Source: Candidatus Lustribacter sp.
GTDB taxonomy: Bacteria > Vulcanimicrobiota > Vulcanimicrobiia > Vulcanimicrobiales > Vulcanimicrobiaceae
Length of the DNA: 64,000 bases
Assembly (NCBI GenBank): GCA_965277805.1
Contig: OZ255842.1
Coordinates: 4,864,001-4,928,000 of the forward strand
Direction: 5' to 3'
Position 1 is the stretch's first letter. Each line of letters starts with the position of its first letter. A program made the translations under genes and the position numbers. The notes below the pieces were generated by a model. It made no database searches and was not told where the DNA came from. It saw only the letters and a program-made list of their open reading frames with translations. This document shows positions 17,763-27,202 of the stretch, in pieces.

Positions 17763-17995
17763 CTGCGGCCTTTCCTCGCTGGGAATAACTCACGCAGTTT
17801 TAAACCAACGGCAGCCATTATCGCAGCGATGGCGCAGCCGGAAAAACAACGGCAAAGAACCGTGCCGTCAGCAACTTCGCGAATGCTCAGCGAGGGCGAT
17901 CGATCGTCATGCGCTGGGCAACGAGCAATCCATTTTCGACCCGGCAATTCACGTACGCCATCGAGCCGCGGAAGCAACAAATCAATCGGCCGCAA
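17759..17995 (-). CDS. Stand-alone primase zinc-binding domain
   Basis: WIARCPAHDDRSPSLSI...CRCFSGC; TTG start 17995; ATGA overlap with the TOPRIM gene. Confidence 0.85.
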   Translation of the reverse strand: MRPIDLLLPRLDGVRELPGRKWIARCPAHDDRSPSLSIREVADGTVLCRCFSGCAIAAIMAAVGLKLRELFPARKGRR

Positions 17996-18188
17996 GAGAT
18001 CGGTCCAATTCCGCAGCGATCTGTGACCCGAGTCGCGCGTCCGGTAACGACATGTTAACGTGCACGCCATGCTCGGATTCGAGCATCTCCAAAATAGTAA
18101 GGAGGCGCGATGCGTCGTCGCAGTCGCCAAGTAGCGCAAGGCGTTCGCCTGCTCCTCCGCTTGCAAAGGCAGCCATCACATCATTCAT
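17982..18188 (-). CDS. Hypothetical protein
   Basis: ATGA-coupled downstream of the xis-like gene. Confidence 0.55.
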   Translation of the reverse strand: MNDVMAAFASGGAGERLALLGDCDDASRLLTILEMLESEHGVHVNMSLPDARLGSQIAAELDRSLAAD

Positions 18189-18427
18189 TGCGCCTTAACC
18201 ATGCTGCGTGCGATCCAAGCCAGCAATTCGCTAAACGCGATCCTTCGGTCAGCGCCGATCCTGACGTAACCGATTTCACCTGAGTTGATCAGACCGTGAA
18301 TCGTCGTTCGGCTGCAGCCCAGACGTATCGCCGCCTCGCTAATCGTCAACAACAGGGACTCGCAGCTGCTTTTGGGCTCGGACCGGTTCCGCGCGTCGCG
18401 TTTGTCTGTCCGTGGAAGGGCGTTCAT
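18185..18427 (-). CDS. Excisionase-family (HTH_17/MerR-like) DNA-binding protein
   Basis: LLTISEAAIRLGCSRTTIHGLINSGEI..VRIG..RRI. Confidence 0.88.
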   Translation of the reverse strand: MNALPRTDKRDARNRSEPKSSCESLLLTISEAAIRLGCSRTTIHGLINSGEIGYVRIGADRRIAFSELLAWIARSMVKAQ

Positions 18428-18480
18428 GTTCGTGAGCGTAGTTGTTACAAACGGCAATTTCCTAATGCGAGCATATCCAC

Positions 18481-19386
18481 TTGACGACAGTGAATGAAAA
18501 TAAGAAGGGTCTCCGGTGGCGCAAGACGGCCAACGCCATACTGACCGCGGCTGGTGTCAAACAGTCTTCCTTGGCCGCGGAGATCGGCGAAAAGGCGGGC
18601 TACGTCAATCGGTATTTGACGGGGAGGCGGATGCCGTCGCTACACGATGTGGAGCGTATCAATCGCGCGATCGCGCAACTCTCAGGCCTCGATAGAGTCG
18701 TCGACCTTCTCGAATTCGAAGCCCTCGCTAGCGGACTGCTCCCGGCGCGGGCTCTCACCGCCGAGGAGTTGGCCCGGGGCGCCAACCGCATTCTTTCGTG
18801 GTACCAGAGCTTTCTCAAACCGGGAACCACGAAGCGCATTATGGGGATCGCAGACACATTCGGTGAGTCGGCACGGCGCAGGCTCTTTATCCGCCTCAAT
18901 CTTGCGCTCCGGAGTATCGTGCTGGGGCAACTTCTGCCTTCCGAGCGCCCTGTCGGGCTCAGCGCGGTCATCGAGGCGCTCATCTCGAGCGGCATCCCGC
19001 TCGACGGAATCGAATCCGAACAAAGCACAAAGCTGCTCGCCTGGGAGCGCTTCGAATGTGTCGTGAACCACGAGATAGCCGCCGCCAATCCGGGTGCTTC
19101 GGCGCGTGAGCGCCTCGCCGCAGCTGGGCGCATTCGCGATGCCATCGATGGCATCGCGCTCGCTGCCGTCAATGTGAAGCCGGACTTCTCGGGACCGGCA
19201 GCTTTGATGGAGGTTACTAAGCCGGCGAGCGGCGCGCGCGAAAGCACGTTTCATGACGGCGCCCGCGCCGTGTGGGCACCATTTCAGCCGAAAGCACGGC
19301 ACTTCTTGAGCAATATTAACGTGCCGACTGCCGAGCCCATTGCAGGCCGTCCTTCGTCGCCGTCACGCCGCCGAGGCTCGCGGTGA
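18481..19386 (+). CDS. XRE-family HTH repressor-like protein
   Basis: GVKQSSLAAEIGEKAGYVNRYLTGRRMPS HTH; divergent from the xis-like gene. Confidence 0.75.
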   Translation: MTTVNENKKGLRWRKTANAILTAAGVKQSSLAAEIGEKAGYVNRYLTGRRMPSLHDVERINRAIAQLSGLDRVVDLLEFEALASGLLPARALTAEELARGANRILSWYQSFLKPGTTKRIMGIADTFGESARRRLFIRLNLALRSIVLGQLLPSERPVGLSAVIEALISSGIPLDGIESEQSTKLLAWERFECVVNHEIAAANPGASARERLAAAGRIRDAIDGIALAAVNVKPDFSGPAALMEVTKPASGARESTFHDGARAVWAPFQPKARHFLSNINVPTAEPIAGRPSSPSRRRGSR

Positions 19387-20791
19387 GCGAGGCCATGAGC
19401 TCGCGTTTCACTTCGTACTCCGCGCGATCGTAGAGAGGCCAGAAGTTCGAGAGGAGCCGCTTCGCTTGGTCGAAGTTGCGCCCTTTCGAATCCGTCGCGT
19501 CAACGCGCGCGCGGAGTTCCGCGAGCCGTGCGCGATCAGCTTCGGCCTTGTTGGCAAGGCGTCTTAGCTGGCGCTCGAGGTCCGCAGCCGCGTAGCTGCC
19601 GCCGATCGCGAGATCCCAAACGCGAGCCCGCGCGGCTTCGACCGTTGCGGGCGCAGTGGAGCGCTCAAGCGTTGCAATCTCACGACGAACCGCCTTCGCG
19701 TCATCGGTAGGGCGTTCACCGGCAACCCAGCGCTTCAGTAGATTTTCGTCGGCCGTAAGCATTCCGATCTGCTCGCGAAACCAGCCCTCCATCCGCTCGG
19801 CATTAATTGCCACGAGGCAAACGCGGCATTGATAGTACCGAATCCGCTTTGCGTCATATACGACCATTTTTCCGGACGCAAGCTTCTTGCGAATCACTCC
19901 CGAGCTCGAGTGTCCGCTAAATGCGCGGCCGCAACCCGCGCAGCGTACGGCGCCGGAAAGCGGATATTCCGACATGCGGGTTTGACGCCATCGCGGTTTA
20001 CCCGCGATGAGCGCTTGCACGCGGTCGAACAATTCTGGCTTCACGATCGTCCCGCGATAGCGACGCTGTACGAGTAATTTCTTCATCCGGTTTGATTCCC
20101 AGACGTGCTCGCGGCTGCGATAGATCGGCTTTCCATCGCTACCTAGCCGCGGCGTACGCACGACGTGAGGCGGCGCCCCTTCCGCAAAGCGGATCCCGAT
20201 CGTCTTGAACCCAACGCCGGCGGCATACCACTCGAAGGCTTTGCGGACCCACTCCGCACTCTTGGGCGCGGGGGCGTCGCGCTCGCTGTCGAGCTGCAGC
20301 CCGTACGGCACCTTATTCGATGTCGGCTTGCCCTCACGTCGACGGCGTTCCCACGATGCGCGGGCGCGATTACTGCGAGCCTCGTTCTCGGCTTCGCCGC
20401 CCATCGCCTGACCAGCGAGCGCGGCGCGCTGCGCGAACGTCTCGGCTTTGATAACGCCAGCGTCGCGGACGAATAGTTCGACCTTCATACCCTTGAGCGC
20501 ACGCGCGACGACGAGCGTGTCGGTCATGTCGCGTGAGAGCCTGTCCAATGAAGTCACAGCAAGCTGCTGCGGTCGCTTAGCGGCCGGCAGCTCTTGCAAC
20601 GCGGCGATCATGCGTTGAAATTCAGGCCGGCCGATCGTCGTCTTGGCCGAGGCGCGCTCTTTGAAGATCGTGATGGCCTGGTCGGCTGCTGCCGCGTGCT
20701 TCCTAGCCCATCGCTCTTGTTCATCGAGCGAGAGTTCTTGCTCGCCCTTCGTCGTGCTGACGCGACAGTAGGCCCAGATTCCGTGCGGCAT
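19316..20791 (-). CDS. Large serine recombinase (integrase)
   Basis: AYCRVST catalytic Ser, SLDRLSR, PYG recombinase domain, LSG..RC..CG / YYQC zinc ribbon, coiled coil. Confidence 0.95.
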   Translation of the reverse strand: MPHGIWAYCRVSTTKGEQELSLDEQERWARKHAAAADQAITIFKERASAKTTIGRPEFQRMIAALQELPAAKRPQQLAVTSLDRLSRDMTDTLVVARALKGMKVELFVRDAGVIKAETFAQRAALAGQAMGGEAENEARSNRARASWERRRREGKPTSNKVPYGLQLDSERDAPAPKSAEWVRKAFEWYAAGVGFKTIGIRFAEGAPPHVVRTPRLGSDGKPIYRSREHVWESNRMKKLLVQRRYRGTIVKPELFDRVQALIAGKPRWRQTRMSEYPLSGAVRCAGCGRAFSGHSSSGVIRKKLASGKMVVYDAKRIRYYQCRVCLVAINAERMEGWFREQIGMLTADENLLKRWVAGERPTDDAKAVRREIATLERSTAPATVEAARARVWDLAIGGSYAAADLERQLRRLANKAEADRARLAELRARVDATDSKGRNFDQAKRLLSNFWPLYDRAEYEVKRELMASLTASLGGVTATKDGLQWARQSAR

Positions 20792-20804
20792 GGTCGATAT
20801 GTGT

Positions 20805-20860
20805 TGACTCTATGCGTAATTTCCTTTATGCTCGCCGTGGGGATGTGTAAGGAGCATCAA
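20805..20860. other. Hybrid attachment site (comEC/element junction), crossover near 20832-20833
   Basis: comEC reads ...THPHG then diverges (GAG CAT AAA GGA AAT TAC GCA TAG); imperfect symmetry TTGA...GC-GA-GC...TCAA about the GA dinucleotide. Confidence 0.7.
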
Positions 20861-22525
20861 GTCGATCTGGTGGACGCCGGTGCGGCGCAGGTAGCCGAGC
20901 ACGATTCGTGTGCCGGCGCGTTCGGCGTTGGAGGTGGGGCCGGAACGTTCGAGTTCGCCGCCGGTGTCGATGAGGATAACGTGGTCGTGCGGGGTGCGGA
21001 TGACGGCAGCATCGGCCTGCCCGACGTCGAGGTGCGTGATCTCGAGGCCGTGCGGGAAATGCATGAGGGCGGGGAGCGCGACGATGACGCAAGCGCTTGC
21101 AAATGTGCCGGCGGCGAGAGTCGCGCGGCCGTGCCGTAACGCGACGGCGGCGGCGATCGCCATGACGTCGTAGGCCACGATCGCGGTAATGGGTGGAGTC
21201 GCCAGCGTCGCGCGCGCGCCGGGGAACGCTGCAATCGTGCGGACGATCGTCTCCGCCGTAAGCAACAACAATGTTTCGAGTGGCGCGAGCGGCGGCAGCA
21301 CGAGCGTCGCGATTCCGACGATGAGGATCACAGCGACGAGCGGTACGACGATCGCGTTAGCGAGAATTGCGAACGGCGCGAGCGTGGAGAAGACGGCGGC
21401 GGTCAGCGGCCAGGTACCGATCTGCGTCGCGCAGGTTAGTGCCAGTGCTTCCCGCACGCGCTCGTGCAGGGGTAGTGCCTCGAGAGCGCGCGCGATCGGT
21501 TCGGCGAAGAGCACGATGGCGGCGACGCACGAGAACGACAGCGCAAACGATGCGCTGCCGGCCGCCGCCGGCCACAAAAAGGCGACGACCAATCCCGCCA
21601 GGGCCAGAGCATTCCACGATGTCACCCGCGCGCCGCACGCGCGTGCCAGCAAGGCGACACCGATCATGGCCGCCGCGCGCTCCGACGGCAGATGCGCGCC
21701 CGTAAACCACGCATACGCGACGATCAGCACCAGCGCAATAGCGCACGCCGCGATGCGGTGCAATCCCAGTAGGGCCAGCAAAAACGCGACGAGGCCCGCG
21801 ACGATCCCTAAGTGCAAACCCGCGGTAACGAGCACGTGCACCGTGCCGGTGGCTTGGAAGGCGTCGTGGAGGTCGTCGGGCAGCGTGCCGCGCTCGCCCC
21901 ACAGCGCGCCGGCCAGAATCGTGGCCGACGGTTCGGGGATGCTCTCGCGTACCCGGTGCGAAGCGGCGGCGCGCAAACGCGCGGCCCACGCGCGCACGTC
22001 GTGCGCGTCCGGAGACGCACGCCCAAGCAAATGCACGCTCGCCAGCCGTCCGGCAAATCCATCGTCGCGTTCGATTTCGCGCATCGACGGTTCGCCCGGA
22101 TTACGCGGCTCATCGAACGGTTCGAGACGGCCGCGCACGACGATGCGTTCGCCCGGCATCACACGCTCGCGTAACGTCGCGCGCACCGTTCCGACGCCGT
22201 CGATTGCAAGCGCGGTGCTTGATAGGCCGCTGTCCTCTTCCTCGCGGACATCGCCGATGACGGTCGCGACGTAACGGGCGGTGGCGCGTTCGCTCGTGAG
22301 CGTCGTGGGATGTCCACGGAGTGCCGAAATTCCGGCACCCGCCGCACACGCGAGCGCCACGGCAACGATGGTAATCCGCAGCCGGCTGCCGCGGCCACAA
22401 TAAACCCACGAGGCCGTGCAAGCAAGCCCGACGGCCGTGCACGCCGCACCGGCCCACCCATGCTGCTCGGCGACGATCGCGAGGAGCGCGGCAATGGCGG
22501 GAACGAGCAGAGGAGCACGGCGCAC
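20810..22525 (-). pseudogene. comEC: ComEC/Rec2 competence protein, 5' part interrupted in the MBL domain
   Basis: OB-like region with PRNPGE, competence domain TGTVHVLVTAGLH / SFALSF, MBL start LDVGQAD, LIDTGG, THPH followed by a premature stop. Confidence 0.92.
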
Positions 22526-22605
22526 GCGAATCTTTCACGCTTTTTACCAATGTAAACAAGCGAGCGGGATGGGAACGACCGGCGGGGGCGAAGCGTTTGT
22601 CCTTC

Positions 22606-23571
22606 ATGCGCATCGTGGTTACCGGCGGCGCCGGCTTTATCGGATCGCATCTTGTCGACGCATTTATTGCTGCCGGCAACGATGTCGTGGTGATCGACAA
22701 TTTGTGGGCGCACGGTGGTGGGCGCCGCGAGAATCTGCATCCGCGCGCGTCGTTCGTCCACATGGACATCCGCGACGAAGCCGTAAAACGCATTTTCCAC
22801 GAAGTCAAACCCGACGTCGTGGTGCATCACGCCGCGCAGCACAGCGTTGCGATCGGTGCGCGCGATCCGCAATTCGACGCCAATGTTAACATCGTCGGTT
22901 TTCTCAACGTGCTCGATGCTGCGGTCGCTGCCGGCACGCGCAAGGTGATCTTCGCCTCGAGTGCGGCCACCTACGGCGACGTTAGCCAGCTGCCGGTCGA
23001 TGAGAGCACGCTGCAGCGCCCCGTTTCGCCGTACGGTATCTCGAAGATGGTGTCCGAACACTATCTGCGCTTCTATCAGTCCGAACACGGCCTCGATTAC
23101 ACGAGCCTGCGTTACGGCAACGTCTACGGGCCTCGCCAGGATCCCAACGGCGAAGCCGGCGTGATCGCGATCTTCTGCGCGAAGTTTCTCGCCGGTGAAG
23201 GCGTGCGTCTCGACTGGGACGGCGAACAGTCACGCGACTACGTCTATGTGGGCGATGTCGTGCGCGCCAACGTCGCGGCCCTCACCAAGGGCTCGGGTGA
23301 AACCTACGTCATCGGCACCGGCAAAAAGACGACCGTGAATCAGGTCTACAAGGCGCTGGCTGCGGCCACCGGCTTCGAAGCGCCGATCACCCGGGCGCCG
23401 CGCCGGCCGGGTGATGCCCGCGAGATCTACTTCAACCCGGCGAAAGCCGCGCGTGAACTCGGCTGGAAGGCCGAGGTCGAGTTGAAGGCCGGGATGGCGG
23501 AGACTGTCGCCTACTTCCGCGAGCGCAGCGCGACTGCGCCCGCTCCCGCCTCCGCCTCCGCCTCGGTCTAG
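22606..23571 (+). CDS. NAD-dependent epimerase/dehydratase (UDP-glucose 4-epimerase-like)
   Basis: VTGGAGFIGSH, SSAATYG, YGISK, RYGNVYGPRQ. Confidence 0.92.
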   Translation: MRIVVTGGAGFIGSHLVDAFIAAGNDVVVIDNLWAHGGGRRENLHPRASFVHMDIRDEAVKRIFHEVKPDVVVHHAAQHSVAIGARDPQFDANVNIVGFLNVLDAAVAAGTRKVIFASSAATYGDVSQLPVDESTLQRPVSPYGISKMVSEHYLRFYQSEHGLDYTSLRYGNVYGPRQDPNGEAGVIAIFCAKFLAGEGVRLDWDGEQSRDYVYVGDVVRANVAALTKGSGETYVIGTGKKTTVNQVYKALAAATGFEAPITRAPRRPGDAREIYFNPAKAARELGWKAEVELKAGMAETVAYFRERSATAPAPASASASV

Positions 23572-24527
23572 ATGCGGTGTAGGAGCGGCTCGTTACGCAG
23601 GTAGCGGCCGAGGTTCTCCACCACGGTCGCGACGATGCGGCTGCCCGTCCGCGTTCCGCCCGCGCCGGCAACGTGCGGCGAGATGAGCAGGTTCGGCGTC
23701 GTCCAGAGCGGGTCGCCGTCGGGTAGCGGTTCCGGCTCGGTGACGTCGATCGCGGCACCGCCGAGCTGACCGTTTTCGAGCGCCGCACGCAGCGCTGCTG
23801 AATCGACCGTATCGCCGCGCGTGACGTTAATGAACAGTGCGCCTTTCTTGCAGGCCGCAAATGCAGCCGCATTCATGAGGTAGTGCGTTTCCGGTACGGA
23901 GGCGACGCACAGCACGATGGCGTCGGCGCGTGCGAGCACCGCGTGCAGTTCGGTGAGGGGGTGCATTTCATCGGCGAACGGCTCATCCTGCGGCGCACGC
24001 GCGAGCCCCAGGATTTGCATGTCGAACGCCTTTGCACGGCGCGCTACGTTTCGCCCGATGTTGCCGAAACCGACCACCGCCAGCGTGCGTCCTTCGAGCG
24101 CCATGATGGGCGGCGTGAACTTCGGGTCCCACGTTCCGCGCTTCGAGCGCTCATAGGTGGGCCCGATTTGGCGTGCCATGCCGAGCAGCAGCGCCATCGC
24201 GTGTTCGGCGACCGTTGGAGCGACGGCACCGCCTTGGTTCGTGATGACGATCGACGATGGAATGCCTTGCGAAACGATGCCGTCAACGCCGGCGGAAACG
24301 CACTGAATCCAGCGTACGGCGTTGTTTGGGCCGCGCAAGGCTTCGCCCAGCACCTTGCCTTCCGCGCCGCGCGGATCCGAAATCACGAGCACGTCGTTGC
24401 AATCGACGAGCGGCGCGATCTCCGTGAGGTCGCCGGCTTCCGTGAAGGCGATCTCCGGCATGGTGCTGAGGCGGTTCCGCACCTCTTCGCGGGCGATCCG
24501 GCCGCCGAAGGCAACGCGCAGACTCAT
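23568..24527 (-). CDS. D-2-hydroxyacid dehydrogenase
   Basis: GFGNIG, INVTRG, DVTEPEPL, SPHVAG; start MSLRVAF at 24527. Confidence 0.9.
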   Translation of the reverse strand: MSLRVAFGGRIAREEVRNRLSTMPEIAFTEAGDLTEIAPLVDCNDVLVISDPRGAEGKVLGEALRGPNNAVRWIQCVSAGVDGIVSQGIPSSIVITNQGGAVAPTVAEHAMALLLGMARQIGPTYERSKRGTWDPKFTPPIMALEGRTLAVVGFGNIGRNVARRAKAFDMQILGLARAPQDEPFADEMHPLTELHAVLARADAIVLCVASVPETHYLMNAAAFAACKKGALFINVTRGDTVDSAALRAALENGQLGGAAIDVTEPEPLPDGDPLWTTPNLLISPHVAGAGGTRTGSRIVATVVENLGRYLRNEPLLHRI

Positions 24528-25309
24528 GGACTTCCTTTCGTTGACGATGTGAACGTGGCGGGCAGCATGCCCGCGGCAAACAGTGTCTGCGCATACGGAT
24601 GCTGCGGTGTGCGGGCCAGCGTTGCGGCCGGTCCGGTCTCGACGATCTTGCCGTGATACATCACGGCGATCCGGTCGCACATGCGCGCTACCAGCGGCAG
24701 ATCGTGGGAGATCAGTAAGTACGAAAGACCGAAGCGTTCTTGCAAATCGAGCAGCAGGTTGAGAATCTGCGCGCGAATCGAGACGTCGAGCGCAGAGACG
24801 GGTTCGTCGAGCACCAGCAGCTTCGGTAGCAAGATCAGGGCGCGCGCGATCGCGATCCGCTGGCGCTGGCCGCCGCTGAACTCGTGCGGGAAACGTTCGC
24901 TCGCATCCGGCCGCAGGCCGACGATCGCGAGCTGCTCGGCGACGCGATCGCGGATCTCGTTCGCGCTGAAGCCGCCGGCGGCGACCAGCGGCTCGGCCAC
25001 GATCGCGCGCACGCGCATGCGCGGGTCGAGCGCGCTGTATGGATTCTGAAACACCGCCTGGACGGCGGAGCGGAACGGGCGCAGCGCCTTCCCGCGCAGC
25101 GCCTGAACCGGCTCGCCATTGTAGAGTATCGTTCCGCCGTCCGGTTCGATGAGCCGCAGCACGAGCTTCGCCGTGGTCGATTTGCCGCTGCCGGACTCGC
25201 CGACGAGGCCGACGGTTTGCCCAGCCTCGACCAGGAGGTCGATTCCATCGACGGCGTGCACGCTGCCGAACGCTTTGCGCAGATCGCGCAGTTCGAGCAG
25301 CGCGCTCAT
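24524..25309 (-). CDS. Dipeptide/oligopeptide-type ABC ATP-binding protein
   Basis: GESGSGKST, FSGGQRQR, DEPVSALD. Confidence 0.93.
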   Translation of the reverse strand: MSALLELRDLRKAFGSVHAVDGIDLLVEAGQTVGLVGESGSGKSTTAKLVLRLIEPDGGTILYNGEPVQALRGKALRPFRSAVQAVFQNPYSALDPRMRVRAIVAEPLVAAGGFSANEIRDRVAEQLAIVGLRPDASERFPHEFSGGQRQRIAIARALILLPKLLVLDEPVSALDVSIRAQILNLLLDLQERFGLSYLLISHDLPLVARMCDRIAVMYHGKIVETGPAATLARTPQHPYAQTLFAAGMLPATFTSSTKGSP

Positions 25310-26292
25310 GCGGTTGTCCCAGCTTTCCAGCAGCGCGCAACGTGACCCGGCGCGAGCTCGACGTTGGGCGGGACCTCGGCACGGCAGCGATCGTCGGCGA
25401 GCGGGCAGCGCGGTGCGAAACGACAGCCCGGCGGCACGTCGGCCAAATCGGGGGGCTGGCCTTCGATCGTGTTCAAGCGCCCGCGCGTGCCCGGTTCACC
25501 GTAGGCGAGCGCATCGATCAGCGCGCGCGTGTAGGGGTGACCGGGCGACTCGAAGATCTCGCGCGTGGTGCCGCTCTCGACGATCTGTCCGGCATACATC
25601 ACGACGATGCGTTCGCATAGCCGCGCCGCCGCGCCGAAATCGTGCGTGACCAAAATGACCGACATGCCGCGCTCGCGCTTGAGCCCGGCCAGCAGTTCGA
25701 GGAACTGCGCCTGCAGGGTGGGGTCGAGAGCGGTTGTCGGTTCGTCGGCGATGACGAGTTCGGCGTTGCACGAGATCGCGATCGCGCCGACGATCCGCTG
25801 TAGCATGCCGCCGCTCATCTCGTGCGGATGCTGCCGCAGCCGCGCTTCCGGATCCGAAATCCCAACTGCTTCGAGCAGCGCGACGGAGCGCGCACGGACC
25901 TCAGCCGGCGGCAAATCGAGGTGCTCTCGCATCGTCTCGCCCATCTGATCGCCAATCGTAAACAGCGGGTCCAGCGCGACCATCGGGTCCTGGAAGATCA
26001 TCGCGATGCGACCGCCGCGAATCGCGCGCATCGCTTCTTCGGATTCGGTTGCGAGGTCGTTGCCGTCGAAGGTGATCGTTCCGCCGCTAATCCTGCCGCC
26101 CGCCGGCAGCAGCCGCACGATTGATAGGGCGGTCATCGTCTTGCCGCAACCCGACTCACCGATGATTCCGACCGACTCGCCGCGCGCGAGCGTCAGCGAG
26201 ACGCCGTCGACGATGCGAATCGGCGCGCGGCCGGCGGCGCGCGGAACGTCGACGCAAACGTCGCTAAGCACGAGTAGCGGCCCGCTAGACAT
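25306..26292 (-). CDS. Dipeptide/oligopeptide-type ABC ATP-binding protein
   Basis: [33 protein letters not shown]. Confidence 0.93.
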   Translation of the reverse strand: MSSGPLLVLSDVCVDVPRAAGRAPIRIVDGVSLTLARGESVGIIGESGCGKTMTALSIVRLLPAGGRISGGTITFDGNDLATESEEAMRAIRGGRIAMIFQDPMVALDPLFTIGDQMGETMREHLDLPPAEVRARSVALLEAVGISDPEARLRQHPHEMSGGMLQRIVGAIAISCNAELVIADEPTTALDPTLQAQFLELLAGLKRERGMSVILVTHDFGAAARLCERIVVMYAGQIVESGTTREIFESPGHPYTRALIDALAYGEPGTRGRLNTIEGQPPDLADVPPGCRFAPRCPLADDRCRAEVPPNVELAPGHVARCWKAGTTA

Positions 26293-27202
26293 AGCGTATC
26301 CGCGGATCGATGATGCCGAAGAGCAGATCGACGCCGAGATTGAGGAAGACCACCGCGGTCGAGGTGAGGATCGCCGCCGCTTGGATGAGCGGGTAGTCGC
26401 GCGCGTGAACCGCGTCGACCATCAGGCTGCCGAGTCCCGGCCACGCGAACACGGTCTCGACGATCACCGTGCCGCCGAGCAAAAAGCTTAGCTGGCTGCC
26501 GGCGAGCGCCGTGATCGGCACCAGCGCGTTGCGCAAAGCGTGTTTCCAGATGACCAGCGCGGGCTTGATGCCCTTCGCGCGCAGGTAACGCACGTATTCG
26601 GAACCCATCGCCTCGAGCATCGACGAGCGGGTGATGCGCATCGTGGCGGCCAGCGGATAGAGCGCGAGCGTGATGGCCGGGAGCACCAGCGACAGCACGC
26701 TCGTGCGGCCGCTGCTGGGAAACCAGCCTAGACCGACGGCGAAGATCATGATCGCGACGAGTCCGAGCCAGAAGTTGGGCATCGACTGGCCGAGCGCGGC
26801 GAGCGTGCGCAGTGCAAGATCGAGGCCCGTGCCGCGGTTGATCGCGGCCGCGACGCCGAACGCGATGCCCAGCACTTGCGAGAGCACGAACGCCGCGATG
26901 ACGAGCTCGATCGTCGCCGGCAGGCGTTCGGCCAGCAGCGAGAGCACCGATTGATGGTAGTGGATCGACTGGCCGAAATCGCCGTGCACGAGCGCGCCCA
27001 AGAACACGAAGAACTGCACGTAGATCGGTTTGTCGAGGCCGAGCTGCGCGTGGATGCGCGCGATGTCTTCGGGCGTAGGTGAGTCGCCGGCCAAAAGATA
27101 GGTCGGATCGCCGGTCAGCCTTGCCGCCACGAACACGAACAGCAGCACGCCGAGCAGCGCGACGAGAGCAAGACCGATGCGCGTCCAGATGTAGCGCGCC
27201 AT
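26285..27202 (-). CDS. ABC permease (DppB-like)
   Basis: [36 protein letters not shown]. Confidence 0.92.
   Translation of the reverse strand: MARYIWTRIGLALVALLGVLLFVFVAARLTGDPTYLLAGDSPTPEDIARIHAQLGLDKPIYVQFFVFLGALVHGDFGQSIHYHQSVLSLLAERLPATIELVIAAFVLSQVLGIAFGVAAAINRGTGLDLALRTLAALGQSMPNFWLGLVAIMIFAVGLGWFPSSGRTSVLSLVLPAITLALYPLAATMRITRSSMLEAMGSEYVRYLRAKGIKPALVIWKHALRNALVPITALAGSQLSFLLGGTVIVETVFAWPGLGSLMVDAVHARDYPLIQAAAILTSTAVVFLNLGVDLLFGIIDPRIRYV

Larger units (their letters stand above)
1..20831. mobile_element. Integrated phage-satellite-like/defective-prophage element inserted in comEC (left end outside window)
   Basis: Large serine recombinase starts 40 bp from the point where comEC is cut. 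Repressor, xis-like HTH, primase/helicase, TMP-like protein and TerS/TerL follow, then more AT-rich cargo ORFs. The 3' half of comEC was not found in the window. Confidence 0.88.

Noticed and set aside
11240-20831. Complete prophage
   Set aside because: No portal, capsid, protease, tail tube/sheath, baseplate or lysis genes are recognisable within the window.
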